From positions 1 to 64,000 of IMG/VR virus record IMGVR_UViG_3300021495_000002: 64,000 bases of DNA; one strand, given 5' to 3'. The translations under genes were made by a program, and so were the position numbers. Of this stretch, positions 45,201 to 52,540 are shown in pieces. Within the stretch, counting starts at the first letter, position 1. Every line of letters starts with the position of its first letter. The stretch comes from a virus. The notes beneath the pieces are model-generated. The model did no database searches. It was not told where the DNA came from and saw only the letters and a list, made by a program, of their open reading frames with translations.

Positions 45201-46370
45201 TCAATAGTCTCACGTTCTCAGGACGCACTGGAATTGATAGATTCAGATATTTCTTTGACCATTCTTCTACTCAATGCAATTGACTCAATAGATGTCAGTG
45301 ATGGTTGTACTCTTTCTCTCTCGTTTACATCATCTTGTTTGGACGTATTGCATGCCATTGATAGTACCTCTTATCCATTGCCAAATGTGGTTAGTTGCTT
45401 AGATAGCTTAGGAACTCAAGACTCCATTTCGTCATTCCTCTCGATGTTATGCCAAAGTAAGGACAATATTGGAGGAGCGGATGGTGAAACTTCTCAACTT
45501 TCAGTCGAGCGAGCATTACTCGATATTCTCGCTTTCCAAGACACTTCCTCCTATCTTGCGGGTATTATTGCCTCCGCTTCTGACATTCTTAACATGCAAG
45601 ATTTAAATAGTATTCGCTTAACGTTTTCTTGTTCAAGTATAGACATTATTAAGAGTGTAGATAGTGGAGGAGTTAATGTTACGTTCCATTTGGATGGAAA
45701 TGACATACTCGAAGGAGCAGATTTTGTTTCTGGTAACCTTCAAGTCCTTCTTGATTCCCTGGCAGTCTTTGAGAGTACAGATCAAAGTGCCTCTTCGCTC
45801 TTAGGTTTTATTCTAAGATCAGCCTCTGATGTACTTGATATGTATGATTTGAACACAGCCACGCTTCAGATATCCTCTTCTTCGATAGACATCTTCAGGA
45901 CAGAAGATAATTCCTCTATTAATATTACGCTTCATTTAAATAGTGCAGATGTCTTTAAGAATTCTGATTCAGCAATTCTCAGTTTACAAGCTCTTCTTAG
46001 TGCATTAGAAACACTTAAGGTTAGTGATAGTGATACAGCTTCTCTGTTTACTGAGATACTAGCTTCCGCTTCCGATTTGCTTTCCACTTCTGACTACAAT
46101 GGAGTTCGCTTAGAGTTCCTTAATTCGTCTGTTGACGTAATTAAATCTGAAGATAGGGCTACTCCATCCATCACTTTACACTTGGACAGTTCAGATATTC
46201 TTCATGGATTAGATTCTGTTACAACTAAACTTGAAGCCATTTTATGTGCTATGTCTGAATTTAAAAACACCGATCGATCTTCAACACGCAGACAGATTAT
46301 TCACATTTCTCCTGTTAAGATATTTAAGGCTCAACAAAAAATCCTCGTTTTTAAAGCAGAGAACATTTAA
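42207..46370 (+). CDS. Giant tail-fibre/receptor-binding protein: DUF2341 x2, BNR sialidase-like beta-propeller, Ser/Asp-rich C-terminal repeats
   Basis: Two copies of YRK.VTISGS.GAG..YQ.KL.IGSSSGGDFHL.GHC..FPNDIRFT.DDG.TLL.YWIED (aa 8-100 and 355-445). Asp-boxes SRSTDGGKTW, TSTDNGNTW, SKSTDGGVTW, VSTDDCNTW. FFRKYASPEPSF / FVRKYADSEPSF close each DUF2341 unit. Confidence 0.8.
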   Translation: MGWLSGYSYRKKVTISGSSGAGENYQVKLLIGSSSGGDFHLEGHCENFPNDIRFTDDDGTTLLDYWIEDSTQDPITVWVKVKDNLDNNVDIYVYYGNPSASSASDGNSVFLDFIDKEDASSFTCDSNHYATTYNDYLRIYSDAGSGERCYKDIDIPKPFVYEMVWYTHNTDITDQVGIIVSTDSGGGVSNRYFYTFQPRSPSQNKVQYYTGSFNDLYSSFSMGTTYRFKIIVDDNVDFYLYDVDGNQLASALNKPYAYGSPSGNAKTLWIGDATGGTDIKGDIRIKFAFFRKYASPEPSFGSVGSETSCFSCTDVVGLLDTSSRSGPLVGSCVDALGAISSSSLFMEATWLPGFTYRKRLVISGSNGAGTGYQIKLKIGSSSGGDFHLNGHCDDFPNDIRFTKDDGLTLLKYWIEDPDQDPVTVWVKIEDNLDENVDIYCYYGSSIADTLSNGEAVFDFFDDFDYGNISSYLVHNGTKDWAVGGIELPNGDIIAAWEYSPTGVECSNSNYILASRSTDGGKTWGSSYTLQDTPNRRDVEPQFLVLGNTVYFFYGIVDENDSNRAGAIYYKTSTDNGNTWSEAHLIESSSHLIATISNPIKLENGDYAGRIILPAQEWDGSQWHSYVYYSDDNCSSWNRSNVVQSDKNLCEPTVVELSDGSLYMLMRNSDSPGGEWQYESKSTDGGVTWSSATSSSIQSPRAQSKLLKLSNGHIILLWNNVSSSSNTPRVPLSVAVSTDDCNTWSDAVDIRSGSGQYSNMGLLLKSNGEIVALYTDEINFDIYAAIFTEEVFNEQFSDKWDTIGSPSISFENSVMSMTCDDEEYIKSKSFTISPPAILEVKSKDKDSGTENYPGTYGFGYYHGTTYDTNGVQRGVHTTEQYDLVVCDNSGRDYTTDGFPRNTNFATYKIVWTSSICHIYENGVQKDDGDVTTHIPTVSLPVVIGRTYYYNHPNAFDVDWVFVRKYADSEPSFSSAQAEEGPVFTCGDVLSNSSIFNSLLSIVSRSQDALELIDSDISLTILLLNAIDSIDVSDGCTLSLSFTSSCLDVLHAIDSTSYPLPNVVSCLDSLGTQDSISSFLSMLCQSKDNIGGADGETSQLSVERALLDILAFQDTSSYLAGIIASASDILNMQDLNSIRLTFSCSSIDIIKSVDSGGVNVTFHLDGNDILEGADFVSGNLQVLLDSLAVFESTDQSASSLLGFILRSASDVLDMYDLNTATLQISSSSIDIFRTEDNSSINITLHLNSADVFKNSDSAILSLQALLSALETLKVSDSDTASLFTEILASASDLLSTSDYNGVRLEFLNSSVDVIKSEDRATPSITLHLDSSDILHGLDSVTTKLEAILCAMSEFKNTDRSSTRRQIIHISPVKIFKAQQKILVFKAENI
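45573..46292 (+). repeat. Three tandem ~246-nt (82-aa) coding repeats at the fibre C terminus
   Basis: Units start SASDILNMQDLNSIRLTFSCSSIDIIKS (45573), SASDVLDMYDLNTATLQISSSSIDIFRT (45819) and SASDLLSTSDYNGVRLEFLNSSVDVIKS (46065). Each continues ...TFHLDGNDIL / TLHLNSADVF / TLHLDSSDIL. Confidence 0.85.
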
Positions 46371-46380
46371 TATTTCTATT
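46368..46380 (+). promoter_or_regulatory. Late intergenic motif TAATATTTCTATT (copy 1)
   Basis: Exact string. It begins at the fibre stop codon and lies ~25 nt upstream of the next gene. Confidence 0.5.
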
Positions 46381-46403
46381 TTAAAACGAAATAGGTGACT
46401 GAT

Positions 46404-46913
46404 ATGAGTGGAAAGATAGGTATTGGTGGCGTATTTGAAATTGAGTGCTATGATAAGGATGGTGAATTGAAGTGGAAAGAAGACGCTCATAACATGTGGG
46501 TTCAAGAAGGCAGGGACTATATATTAAACGTGATATTTAAGAATGGCACTCGAAATGATCCACTTTATGTTGGTTTATTTGAACAGGATACACCAGCAGA
46601 TAACTGGACAATGTCTAACAACGGAACAACGTGGCATGAGAATGAAAGCTATTCTGAGTCAACTCGGCAAGAGTTTATAGACGGAAGCATTACTGGTACT
46701 ACAACTCGACAGCTCGATAACGATGCCAACAAAGCTACGTTTAGCATAACCGCAAGTGCAACTTTGAAGGGGGCGTTTATAACAACAGATAACACGAAGG
46801 GTGGCACGTCTGGTACATTACTATGTGCAGCCACATTTGATGAGGGTGACAGAAACGTGACAAATGGCGACACAGTGCAGGTTAAGTATACGGTCGGTTG
46901 TCAGGACGCATAA
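46404..46913 (+). CDS. Hypothetical virion/tail-associated protein
   Basis: ATG at 46404 (MSGKIGIGG) behind AGGTGA. General pattern resembles the 62735-63112 protein (LYVGL / MGVGNG ... F-x-E-x-G ... final beta strands). Confidence 0.5.
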   Translation: MSGKIGIGGVFEIECYDKDGELKWKEDAHNMWVQEGRDYILNVIFKNGTRNDPLYVGLFEQDTPADNWTMSNNGTTWHENESYSESTRQEFIDGSITGTTTRQLDNDANKATFSITASATLKGAFITTDNTKGGTSGTLLCAATFDEGDRNVTNGDTVQVKYTVGCQDA

Positions 46914-46918
46914 GCGAA

Positions 46919-47233
46919 ATGGTGCTAATTCCAGATCGTTGTTATAAACAGCCAAACGAAAAGGAGTATCTTCGGATTGATTTCTCCTCACGATTAGCAT
47001 CAAAGGAATTTATTACGGGGATACAAAAGTGTAGATGTTACAATTCAAATGGCGATGACGTAACAAGTGATATAATAGAAGATCCAGATTACGATGAGAC
47101 TTCAGTGAAATTTTGGTTTAAAGATGGAACGTCTGGAAGTACCTACAATTTGACCGTACGAGTGGAAACAAACAAAGGAGCCGTGTTAGAAGAAGATTTA
47201 ATCTTAGTGGTTGAGGAGATTGGGCATGATTAA
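46919..47233 (+). CDS. Hypothetical virion-associated protein
   Basis: Start taken at MVLIPDRCYK, just after the upstream stop. Pattern EYLRIDFSSRL...GSTYNLTVRVETNKGAVLEEDLILVV resembles small fibre-associated phage proteins. Confidence 0.45.
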   Translation: MVLIPDRCYKQPNEKEYLRIDFSSRLASKEFITGIQKCRCYNSNGDDVTSDIIEDPDYDETSVKFWFKDGTSGSTYNLTVRVETNKGAVLEEDLILVVEEIGHD

Positions 47234-47447
47234 CGCCAAAGAATTTCTATCCACTTATGCAGAACTCCACTCGTTCATCATGGGAATTTACGCGGGACTT
47301 ACAGAGTGGCGTGGTATAGATTCAAACATTTTGAATAATCCCGACGTCAGGAAAGAACCTCATTACTGCTATGGTGGTTACGTCTTTGGCACTCTACTTA
47401 GATGGATTATAATTCTTTCTGTGGGCTACAAGTTCTTCTTGGGCTAA
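47211..47447 (+). CDS. Small protein with a C-terminal TM segment (holin-like by size only)
   Basis: 78 aa with the hydrophobic stretch GGYVFGTLLRWIIILSVGYKFFLG. Confidence 0.35.
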   Translation: MRRLGMINAKEFLSTYAELHSFIMGIYAGLTEWRGIDSNILNNPDVRKEPHYCYGGYVFGTLLRWIIILSVGYKFFLG

Positions 47448-47457
47448 TACTTCTATT
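47445..47457 (+). promoter_or_regulatory. Late intergenic motif TAATACTTCTATT (copy 2)
   Basis: One mismatch. Begins at the stop codon of 47211-47447, 25 nt upstream of the GT2 gene. Confidence 0.45.
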
Positions 47458-47481
47458 ATTCTTTAATTTAGGTGGTGCAAT

Positions 47482-48264
47482 ATGCAATTTTCAATAATAG
47501 TTGCAACAAATCGTGGACCCGAACTTCTAAAATATCTATTTGTTTCTGCACATCCGGAGAGTGAACTCATAATAGTTGACTCTCACTATAATGAAAAAAC
47601 AAAAGACTTTCTCTCTCGCCAAGAGGGATATAGACAGATAGTCTACGCTCCACCTGAGCGTTCACCTTTTAGATGGCATAGAGACTTTTCTCAGTCTCTT
47701 AATACAGCACTATGTCTTGCTGAGCATGAATATATTGTACGTGCAGACGACTACATAGAATTCAAGGAGGACTTCTTTGACGTTGCTGAAAAGGACGTTA
47801 AGAGCTATCCAGAGAAGACTCTTATAATAGGACAGAAAGCACAAGAGTATAACAAGGAAGAAAAGTTCATTGACTACATGTCCCAAAGAGGAATAGGTGG
47901 AGAATTTAGATATGTAAACATTGAGAACCCAGCGTTCACATTCTCCTTTGGAGTAGCACCTCTTCAGTTGTACCTTGACCTTAATGGCTATGATGAAAGG
48001 TACGATTCTGGTTGGGGTTTTGAAGACAGAGACTTTCTTCACAGAGCACTAAAGGCTGGTTATGTTGCAATGCTCGATAAGCTTCTTATGGGATATGGTC
48101 ATGCTCACAAGCCAGCTTGGGAAACAATTTCGATGCCTCACATAATTTATGAGGTAACAAAGACAGAAATAGAGGGTGGCAAAGTTTGGGCTTATAATCC
48201 TTACAAACTCAAGGATAGACGGGAACAGAAATTGCAGGAGAAAGAGAAATGGATAGTAAGATAA
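47482..48264 (+). CDS. GT2-family glycosyltransferase
   Basis: FSIIVATNRGPELL, ELIIVDSHYNEKT, VRADDYIEF and GWGFEDRDFLHRA are typical GT-A blocks. Confidence 0.7.
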   Translation: MQFSIIVATNRGPELLKYLFVSAHPESELIIVDSHYNEKTKDFLSRQEGYRQIVYAPPERSPFRWHRDFSQSLNTALCLAEHEYIVRADDYIEFKEDFFDVAEKDVKSYPEKTLIIGQKAQEYNKEEKFIDYMSQRGIGGEFRYVNIENPAFTFSFGVAPLQLYLDLNGYDERYDSGWGFEDRDFLHRALKAGYVAMLDKLLMGYGHAHKPAWETISMPHIIYEVTKTEIEGGKVWAYNPYKLKDRREQKLQEKEKWIVR

Positions 48265-49187
48265 GCATGATTCAGATACAGACCACGAGTGTATGTCCAG
48301 GAAGGTGCATCATTTGTCCTTACAAAGACAGTTGGCTACGAAAGGCTCATGGTTATATGAGTGATGAAGATTACGTTCACGTCTTAGAAGAGATTAAGTC
48401 CTATCTTGGTGATTACAAAGAAAAGCTTCCACTTTACTTGATGAATGATCCATTTGCGGACAGGAAAATTATTGAGCGAATGGAATTAGCTTATCAGTAT
48501 TTTCCCAAATGCAAATTGGAGTTGTCCACCAATGGTTTGCTCCTCACCGAAAAGCTATCCAAGAAAATAGTGGAAACTGTGACTCATTATAATGGTGAAG
48601 ACACGTTTGAACTCTGGATTTCTTTTCATGGAGCAAGTAGGCAGACATGGGAATTCCTAAATAATTTGCCCGGTAAATTTGATAGAGTCCTTAAGAATAT
48701 CATCACGTATCTTAAGATAAACAATGGTCAACTCAAAACAGTCATTAACTCAGCGGGAGGAGCATCTCGTGATGGTTCTATGTTCTTTTATTCCCAGAGT
48801 GCTTGGAAACAATTCCTAAACTCTATATTTCAAACTTATAACCTTCCATTGGAGAACGTTCATTTTCGATACTATGCCTTTCACAACAGAGCTGGAAATG
48901 TAAGACTGTGTAATTGGGATGGAACAGAGTACTATCGAGAAATAGGTCCCGAGTATCCCTTTGATTGTTGGCGATTCAGGAGTGGCATTCATATTCTTTA
49001 CGATCTGGACGTAATTCTCTGTTGTATGGATTGGAAAAAAGAAACTGTCCTTGGAAACCTTAAGGAGCGAACTCTCAAAGAAATATGGGAGAGTGAAAAA
49101 CGACGTACTTTTGTTGATATGGCATCTGGTAGAAAACCTTCTCCTAAAGACTTTATATGTAAGAGGTGCATGTCGCCAGGCGGGTGA
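48249..49187 (+). CDS. Radical SAM enzyme with a SPASM/twitch-like Cys-rich C terminus
   Basis: CX3CX2C cluster TSVCPGRCIICPY. C-terminal CWRF...LCCMDW...CKRC. Alternative start at ATG 48267. Confidence 0.75.
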   Translation: MDSKISMIQIQTTSVCPGRCIICPYKDSWLRKAHGYMSDEDYVHVLEEIKSYLGDYKEKLPLYLMNDPFADRKIIERMELAYQYFPKCKLELSTNGLLLTEKLSKKIVETVTHYNGEDTFELWISFHGASRQTWEFLNNLPGKFDRVLKNIITYLKINNGQLKTVINSAGGASRDGSMFFYSQSAWKQFLNSIFQTYNLPLENVHFRYYAFHNRAGNVRLCNWDGTEYYREIGPEYPFDCWRFRSGIHILYDLDVILCCMDWKKETVLGNLKERTLKEIWESEKRRTFVDMASGRKPSPKDFICKRCMSPGG

Positions 49188-49192
49188 GTATT

Positions 49193-50095
49193 ATGGATAA
49201 CGTAACAGCGATTGTGAAAACCTTTATGCGTCCTGAAAAATTCGAGTTGTGTTTGAGAAGCTTAGTGTCTGCTGGACTCAAGAAAATTATTGTCTCTTTT
49301 GATGGTCCCGAAGAGTACCTCGAAAGGCATAGAAGAGTAATAGGCAAGTATCAAAGAAATGTAACTATTCGTTTCTTAGAGCTTCCCTTCAATGTAGGAC
49401 TCGCAGCCGCAAGAAATAGAATGATAGAAAAAGTGAATACAGAGTTCATCTTGATGATTGATGATGATAATTACGTTCCGCTTCAAGTCTTAGAGATGGT
49501 ACATGGATTATCGCAACTTCCTGAAGATGTAGGGGGAGTAGCTATGGGATGGCTGCCAGCTTTTAATCCTCTTCCACAGATGGATGCTTGGGACTTCGAG
49601 ATAGTAAACAGGATACTCTTTAAGACATGGCGAAGTGATAAGCAACGTGCAATTATTAATGGTAACGCTTATATGTTTCCTTTTGATTTTATTCCTAATC
49701 AAGTTCTCTTCAGACGAAAGCTCTTTAATGATGTGCAGTGGGATGAACATTATATCATAAGCAGGGAACATGAGGACTTTTATCTGACATGCAAGAAAGA
49801 AACAGATTGGAAGTTTGGAATATGCACATCCATGTACTCCGTACATGATCCGGGTGGAAGCAAAGAGTACATACGTGAGTATCGAGCAGGAAAGGAATGC
49901 GATAAATCTGCCGAATATTTTCTTAAGAAGTGGGACCTGAGAGGCATTGCTCCTCAAAGGTATAGCGATGATTATACTTCGCTGTTTTATGATGCCCCTT
50001 GGCAAGTAAGACGAAACCTTGATAAGAATAGGTATATAAGATGGAAGTTGGAGACGAATCAGGCTTTGCCTGATGACGTCTTCCAAACCCGTTGA
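49193..50095 (+). CDS. GT2-family glycosyltransferase
   Basis: VTAIVKTFMRPEKFELCLRSL, GLAAARNRMIE and FILMIDDDNYV (DxD). ATG 49193 preferred over the GTG at 49166. Confidence 0.7.
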   Translation: MDNVTAIVKTFMRPEKFELCLRSLVSAGLKKIIVSFDGPEEYLERHRRVIGKYQRNVTIRFLELPFNVGLAAARNRMIEKVNTEFILMIDDDNYVPLQVLEMVHGLSQLPEDVGGVAMGWLPAFNPLPQMDAWDFEIVNRILFKTWRSDKQRAIINGNAYMFPFDFIPNQVLFRRKLFNDVQWDEHYIISREHEDFYLTCKKETDWKFGICTSMYSVHDPGGSKEYIREYRAGKECDKSAEYFLKKWDLRGIAPQRYSDDYTSLFYDAPWQVRRNLDKNRYIRWKLETNQALPDDVFQTR

Positions 50096-50097
50096 GT

Positions 50098-51009
50098 ATG
50101 TTGGATAAAGAGGAAATAAAAAATTTAACAAAGAAAAGTATGGAGAAGGCTTACCTCCCAGTGCCTTCTCATGGGGGACTCAAGACTGCAAAGTTTACTC
50201 TTGAGGACGTCCAAAGGTGTTTCAGGCAGCCTGCTCTTCTTCGAGACCTCGTGTATTTGGTTGGAGGAGTAGCAGTTCATGGCAAAGGCAATGATGTTGA
50301 CTTAGTGATACGTGGAGATGATTTATCGGAACCTCAACGTGAAGCTCTTTTGTTTCGTCTTTATCGAGCATTTGGTGATTACTTCAATATTCCTTACGAT
50401 ATGACACCTAAGCATTTACACGTAACCTTCAACAATTATGGTCCTTTTACAGACCACGTTCTCTTATATCACTTAGCAATTGTTCCTTCTGAAGACCGAA
50501 GTATCCACGAAATGGAAGCCATGAAGTCCGTATCCTCCAATGGTGAATGGATAGTTTATGGTTATGGTTCGATAGACGCAATTGACCTTGAAGGTGATGA
50601 AATAACCATTGATGCTCTCAAAGGCATGTGGGAGGAAATGCAAAAGACCCCGAAGAAGTACTGGAATGTCATGAATGAACATGGTGGTGTACAAGTAGGA
50701 GAAATCCTCCCAGAGTGGAATGGGCTCAAAACTCACGTTGACGAAAAAGGGTTCTTTGTAATAGTGAAGCTCCGTAAGGATATAGACGCAGCACGAAGGA
50801 TATGGGAAGCAATTCATTCTGACAATGAAGCAGAACGTATCAAGAGTTTCTCAATTCACATTGAGTATCCTGGAGGTGTGCAAAATTGTACAGAAAAGGT
50901 TTGTGACAAAAACAGATGCTGGCGTAAGATAACCAAGGCAAGATTCCTTGAGTTGAGTTTCACAAGAAATCCTGCTAATCCGTTATGTATTTTTAAACCC
51001 GCGTTCTAA
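50098..51009 (+). CDS. HK97-type prohead protease (U35/S78) with an N-terminal Pol-beta nucleotidyltransferase-like segment
   Basis: Protease blocks IVYGYGSIDAIDLEGDEITIDAL, NVMNEHGGVQVGEIL, DEKGFFVIVKL and ELSFTRNPANP. The N-terminal VYLVGGVAVHGKGNDVDLVI fits G[GS]-x(8-13)-D-x-D. Confidence 0.7.
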   Translation: MLDKEEIKNLTKKSMEKAYLPVPSHGGLKTAKFTLEDVQRCFRQPALLRDLVYLVGGVAVHGKGNDVDLVIRGDDLSEPQREALLFRLYRAFGDYFNIPYDMTPKHLHVTFNNYGPFTDHVLLYHLAIVPSEDRSIHEMEAMKSVSSNGEWIVYGYGSIDAIDLEGDEITIDALKGMWEEMQKTPKKYWNVMNEHGGVQVGEILPEWNGLKTHVDEKGFFVIVKLRKDIDAARRIWEAIHSDNEAERIKSFSIHIEYPGGVQNCTEKVCDKNRCWRKITKARFLELSFTRNPANPLCIFKPAF

Positions 51010-51039
51010 CTCTAACATTTAAAATTAAAGGTGAGCGAG

Positions 51040-51285
51040 ATGCAAGAGCTTTATATAGGAGAGAAACCTTATGACAATTATTTAAGGGCACTTGGAGATT
51101 CCGAGAGTGTTAGCGTGTTAGCAAGGGGCAAGAATATTAAGAAGGCAATAGATGTAGCACTCATGGCTCAGAGGCTAAGTCAGTTTGAAATTAGGAATGT
51201 AGTCCTTTACGATGAAAAGATGACAAGTGACGATGGAGAACGTGAATATTATGTTAGTGCCATAAGGATAGACTTGAGTCGCTAA
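51040..51285 (+). CDS. alba: Alba-family DNA/RNA-binding protein
   Basis: LYIGEKPYDNYLRALGD...SVLARGKNIKKAIDVALMAQRL...YVSAIRIDLSR follows the Alba pattern (I.IG.KP.M.Y......ARG.AI..AVDVAE......VS.IEI.L). ATG 51040 behind AGGTGA. Confidence 0.65.
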   Translation: MQELYIGEKPYDNYLRALGDSESVSVLARGKNIKKAIDVALMAQRLSQFEIRNVVLYDEKMTSDDGEREYYVSAIRIDLSR

Positions 51286-51314
51286 TTATATTATAGAATA
51301 TAGAGGAATTGAAA

Positions 51315-51926
51315 ATGGCAACTCAAGAAGAGGAGTTTGAGGAATTCTTTAAAGAATTGGAAGAGTCAATGAAAGAGGACACAGAGAACGAGGAAGAGAA
51401 GTCAGAGGAGGAACCAACTGAGGATGAAAGTGAGGGCGAGAAAGCTCTCACAAAGGCAGACGTAATTAAGATAGTCAGGGATGAAATAAAGACGTTCTGG
51501 AAGGGTGTCTTAAAGGGCAAGTATCCACTTCCAAAGTATCCCTACGCCAAGTATCCTTACGCAAAGTATCCTGCTCCGAGTTCCAAGAAAAGTTTAGATG
51601 ATGGCGACTTCGTACCAATGTATCCCGCATTTGTGGTGGTTCCACAGATGCAAATGCAGACAGATAATACAAAGGGTGAAAGCGTGAAGACCGAAACAAC
51701 CGAACAGAAGAATACACAGACAGATGACACAAAGAAAGACACGAAAGATGACGTGATTGAAGAGCAGAAGTCTCAGATAGAGGAACTCAAAAAGACAGTA
51801 GAGGATCTTCAGAAGAAACTCGAAGAGATTAGTGCTCAACCAGCTCCTGAGAAAGAGGAAGGTGAAGCTAAACCTGATTACGTCCCAGACGTCCTAATTG
51901 ATGGTGACACAATATCTCGACCCTAA
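51315..51926 (+). CDS. Putative scaffolding protein
   Basis: Acidic, coiled-coil-prone, low-complexity protein between the protease and capsid genes. Contains KYPLP-KYPYA-KYPYA-KYPAP, encoded by 4 x 15-nt tandem repeats (51519-51578). Confidence 0.5.
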   Translation: MATQEEEFEEFFKELEESMKEDTENEEEKSEEEPTEDESEGEKALTKADVIKIVRDEIKTFWKGVLKGKYPLPKYPYAKYPYAKYPAPSSKKSLDDGDFVPMYPAFVVVPQMQMQTDNTKGESVKTETTEQKNTQTDDTKKDTKDDVIEEQKSQIEELKKTVEDLQKKLEEISAQPAPEKEEGEAKPDYVPDVLIDGDTISRP

Positions 51927-52049
51927 ATATCTCTAAGACAATTCTCAAATTTTACACCATTTGCACATATTTGCGTCTGAGTGCAATTTTTCCACTAAGC
52001 ATGATAAATTATTCATGGGCTTACTTTCATTCGCATATAGCGCATATCT

Positions 52050-52062
52050 GTGCATCTGGTAA
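52050..52062 (+). promoter_or_regulatory. Late intergenic motif TAACATTTCTATT (copy 3), followed by TTTAAAAG
   Basis: One mismatch. Lies in the 174-nt spacer upstream of the decoration/capsid genes. Confidence 0.45.
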
Positions 52063-52100
52063 CATTTCTATTTAAAAGTTTGAAATGAGGTAAATTAAAA

Positions 52101-52505
52101 ATGGCTGAAGTTGAAGATGTGGTTGCTGGTGCACCAGTCATAGTGACATTCTTGGCTGGTGCAGACATTGAGGCAGGGCAGGTGGTAGGCTATGATGTGA
52201 GTGCTTCTCCTGATGATATGACCGTTGCTCCTGCACTTCAGGATGGGTATGACACGATACCTGTTGGTGTCGCAGTAGATTCAGTAGCGGAGGATGACCC
52301 CGTGCCAGTGGCTATTCCGCCCTCGATAGTGAGGGTAAGAGCATCAAGTAATGTAACTGCTGGTCAGTTGGTACAGCTCAATGAGAGTGACGCAGGTCAG
52401 GTTGAACCTTACAACTCGGGTGATAACACTTGGGCATTGGGTCAGGCATTAGAGGATATAACTGCAGACTCGACTGGTAGAGTGAGGTTACTCCTCACAA
52501 AATAA
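52101..52505 (+). CDS. Head decoration/cement protein (DUF2190-like)
   Basis: 134 aa, Ala/Gly/Val-rich: AGQVVGYD...GVAVDSVAEDD...VTAGQLVQL...ALGQALEDI...GRVRLLL. Lies immediately upstream of the capsid gene. Confidence 0.5.
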   Translation: MAEVEDVVAGAPVIVTFLAGADIEAGQVVGYDVSASPDDMTVAPALQDGYDTIPVGVAVDSVAEDDPVPVAIPPSIVRVRASSNVTAGQLVQLNESDAGQVEPYNSGDNTWALGQALEDITADSTGRVRLLLTK

Positions 52506-52540
52506 ATACCTCTATATTAAATTAAAAGAAGGTAAGAAAA

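Noticed and set aside
49508-50131. 207-aa minus-strand ORF in the late arm
   Set aside because: Antisense to the GT2 gene 49193-50095, which has clear GT-A motifs. The antisense product is hydrophobic and low-complexity. Other minus-strand ORFs in 27614-64000 (for example 38304-38681, 41572-41910, 47710-48042, 60753-61127) were rejected for the same reason.
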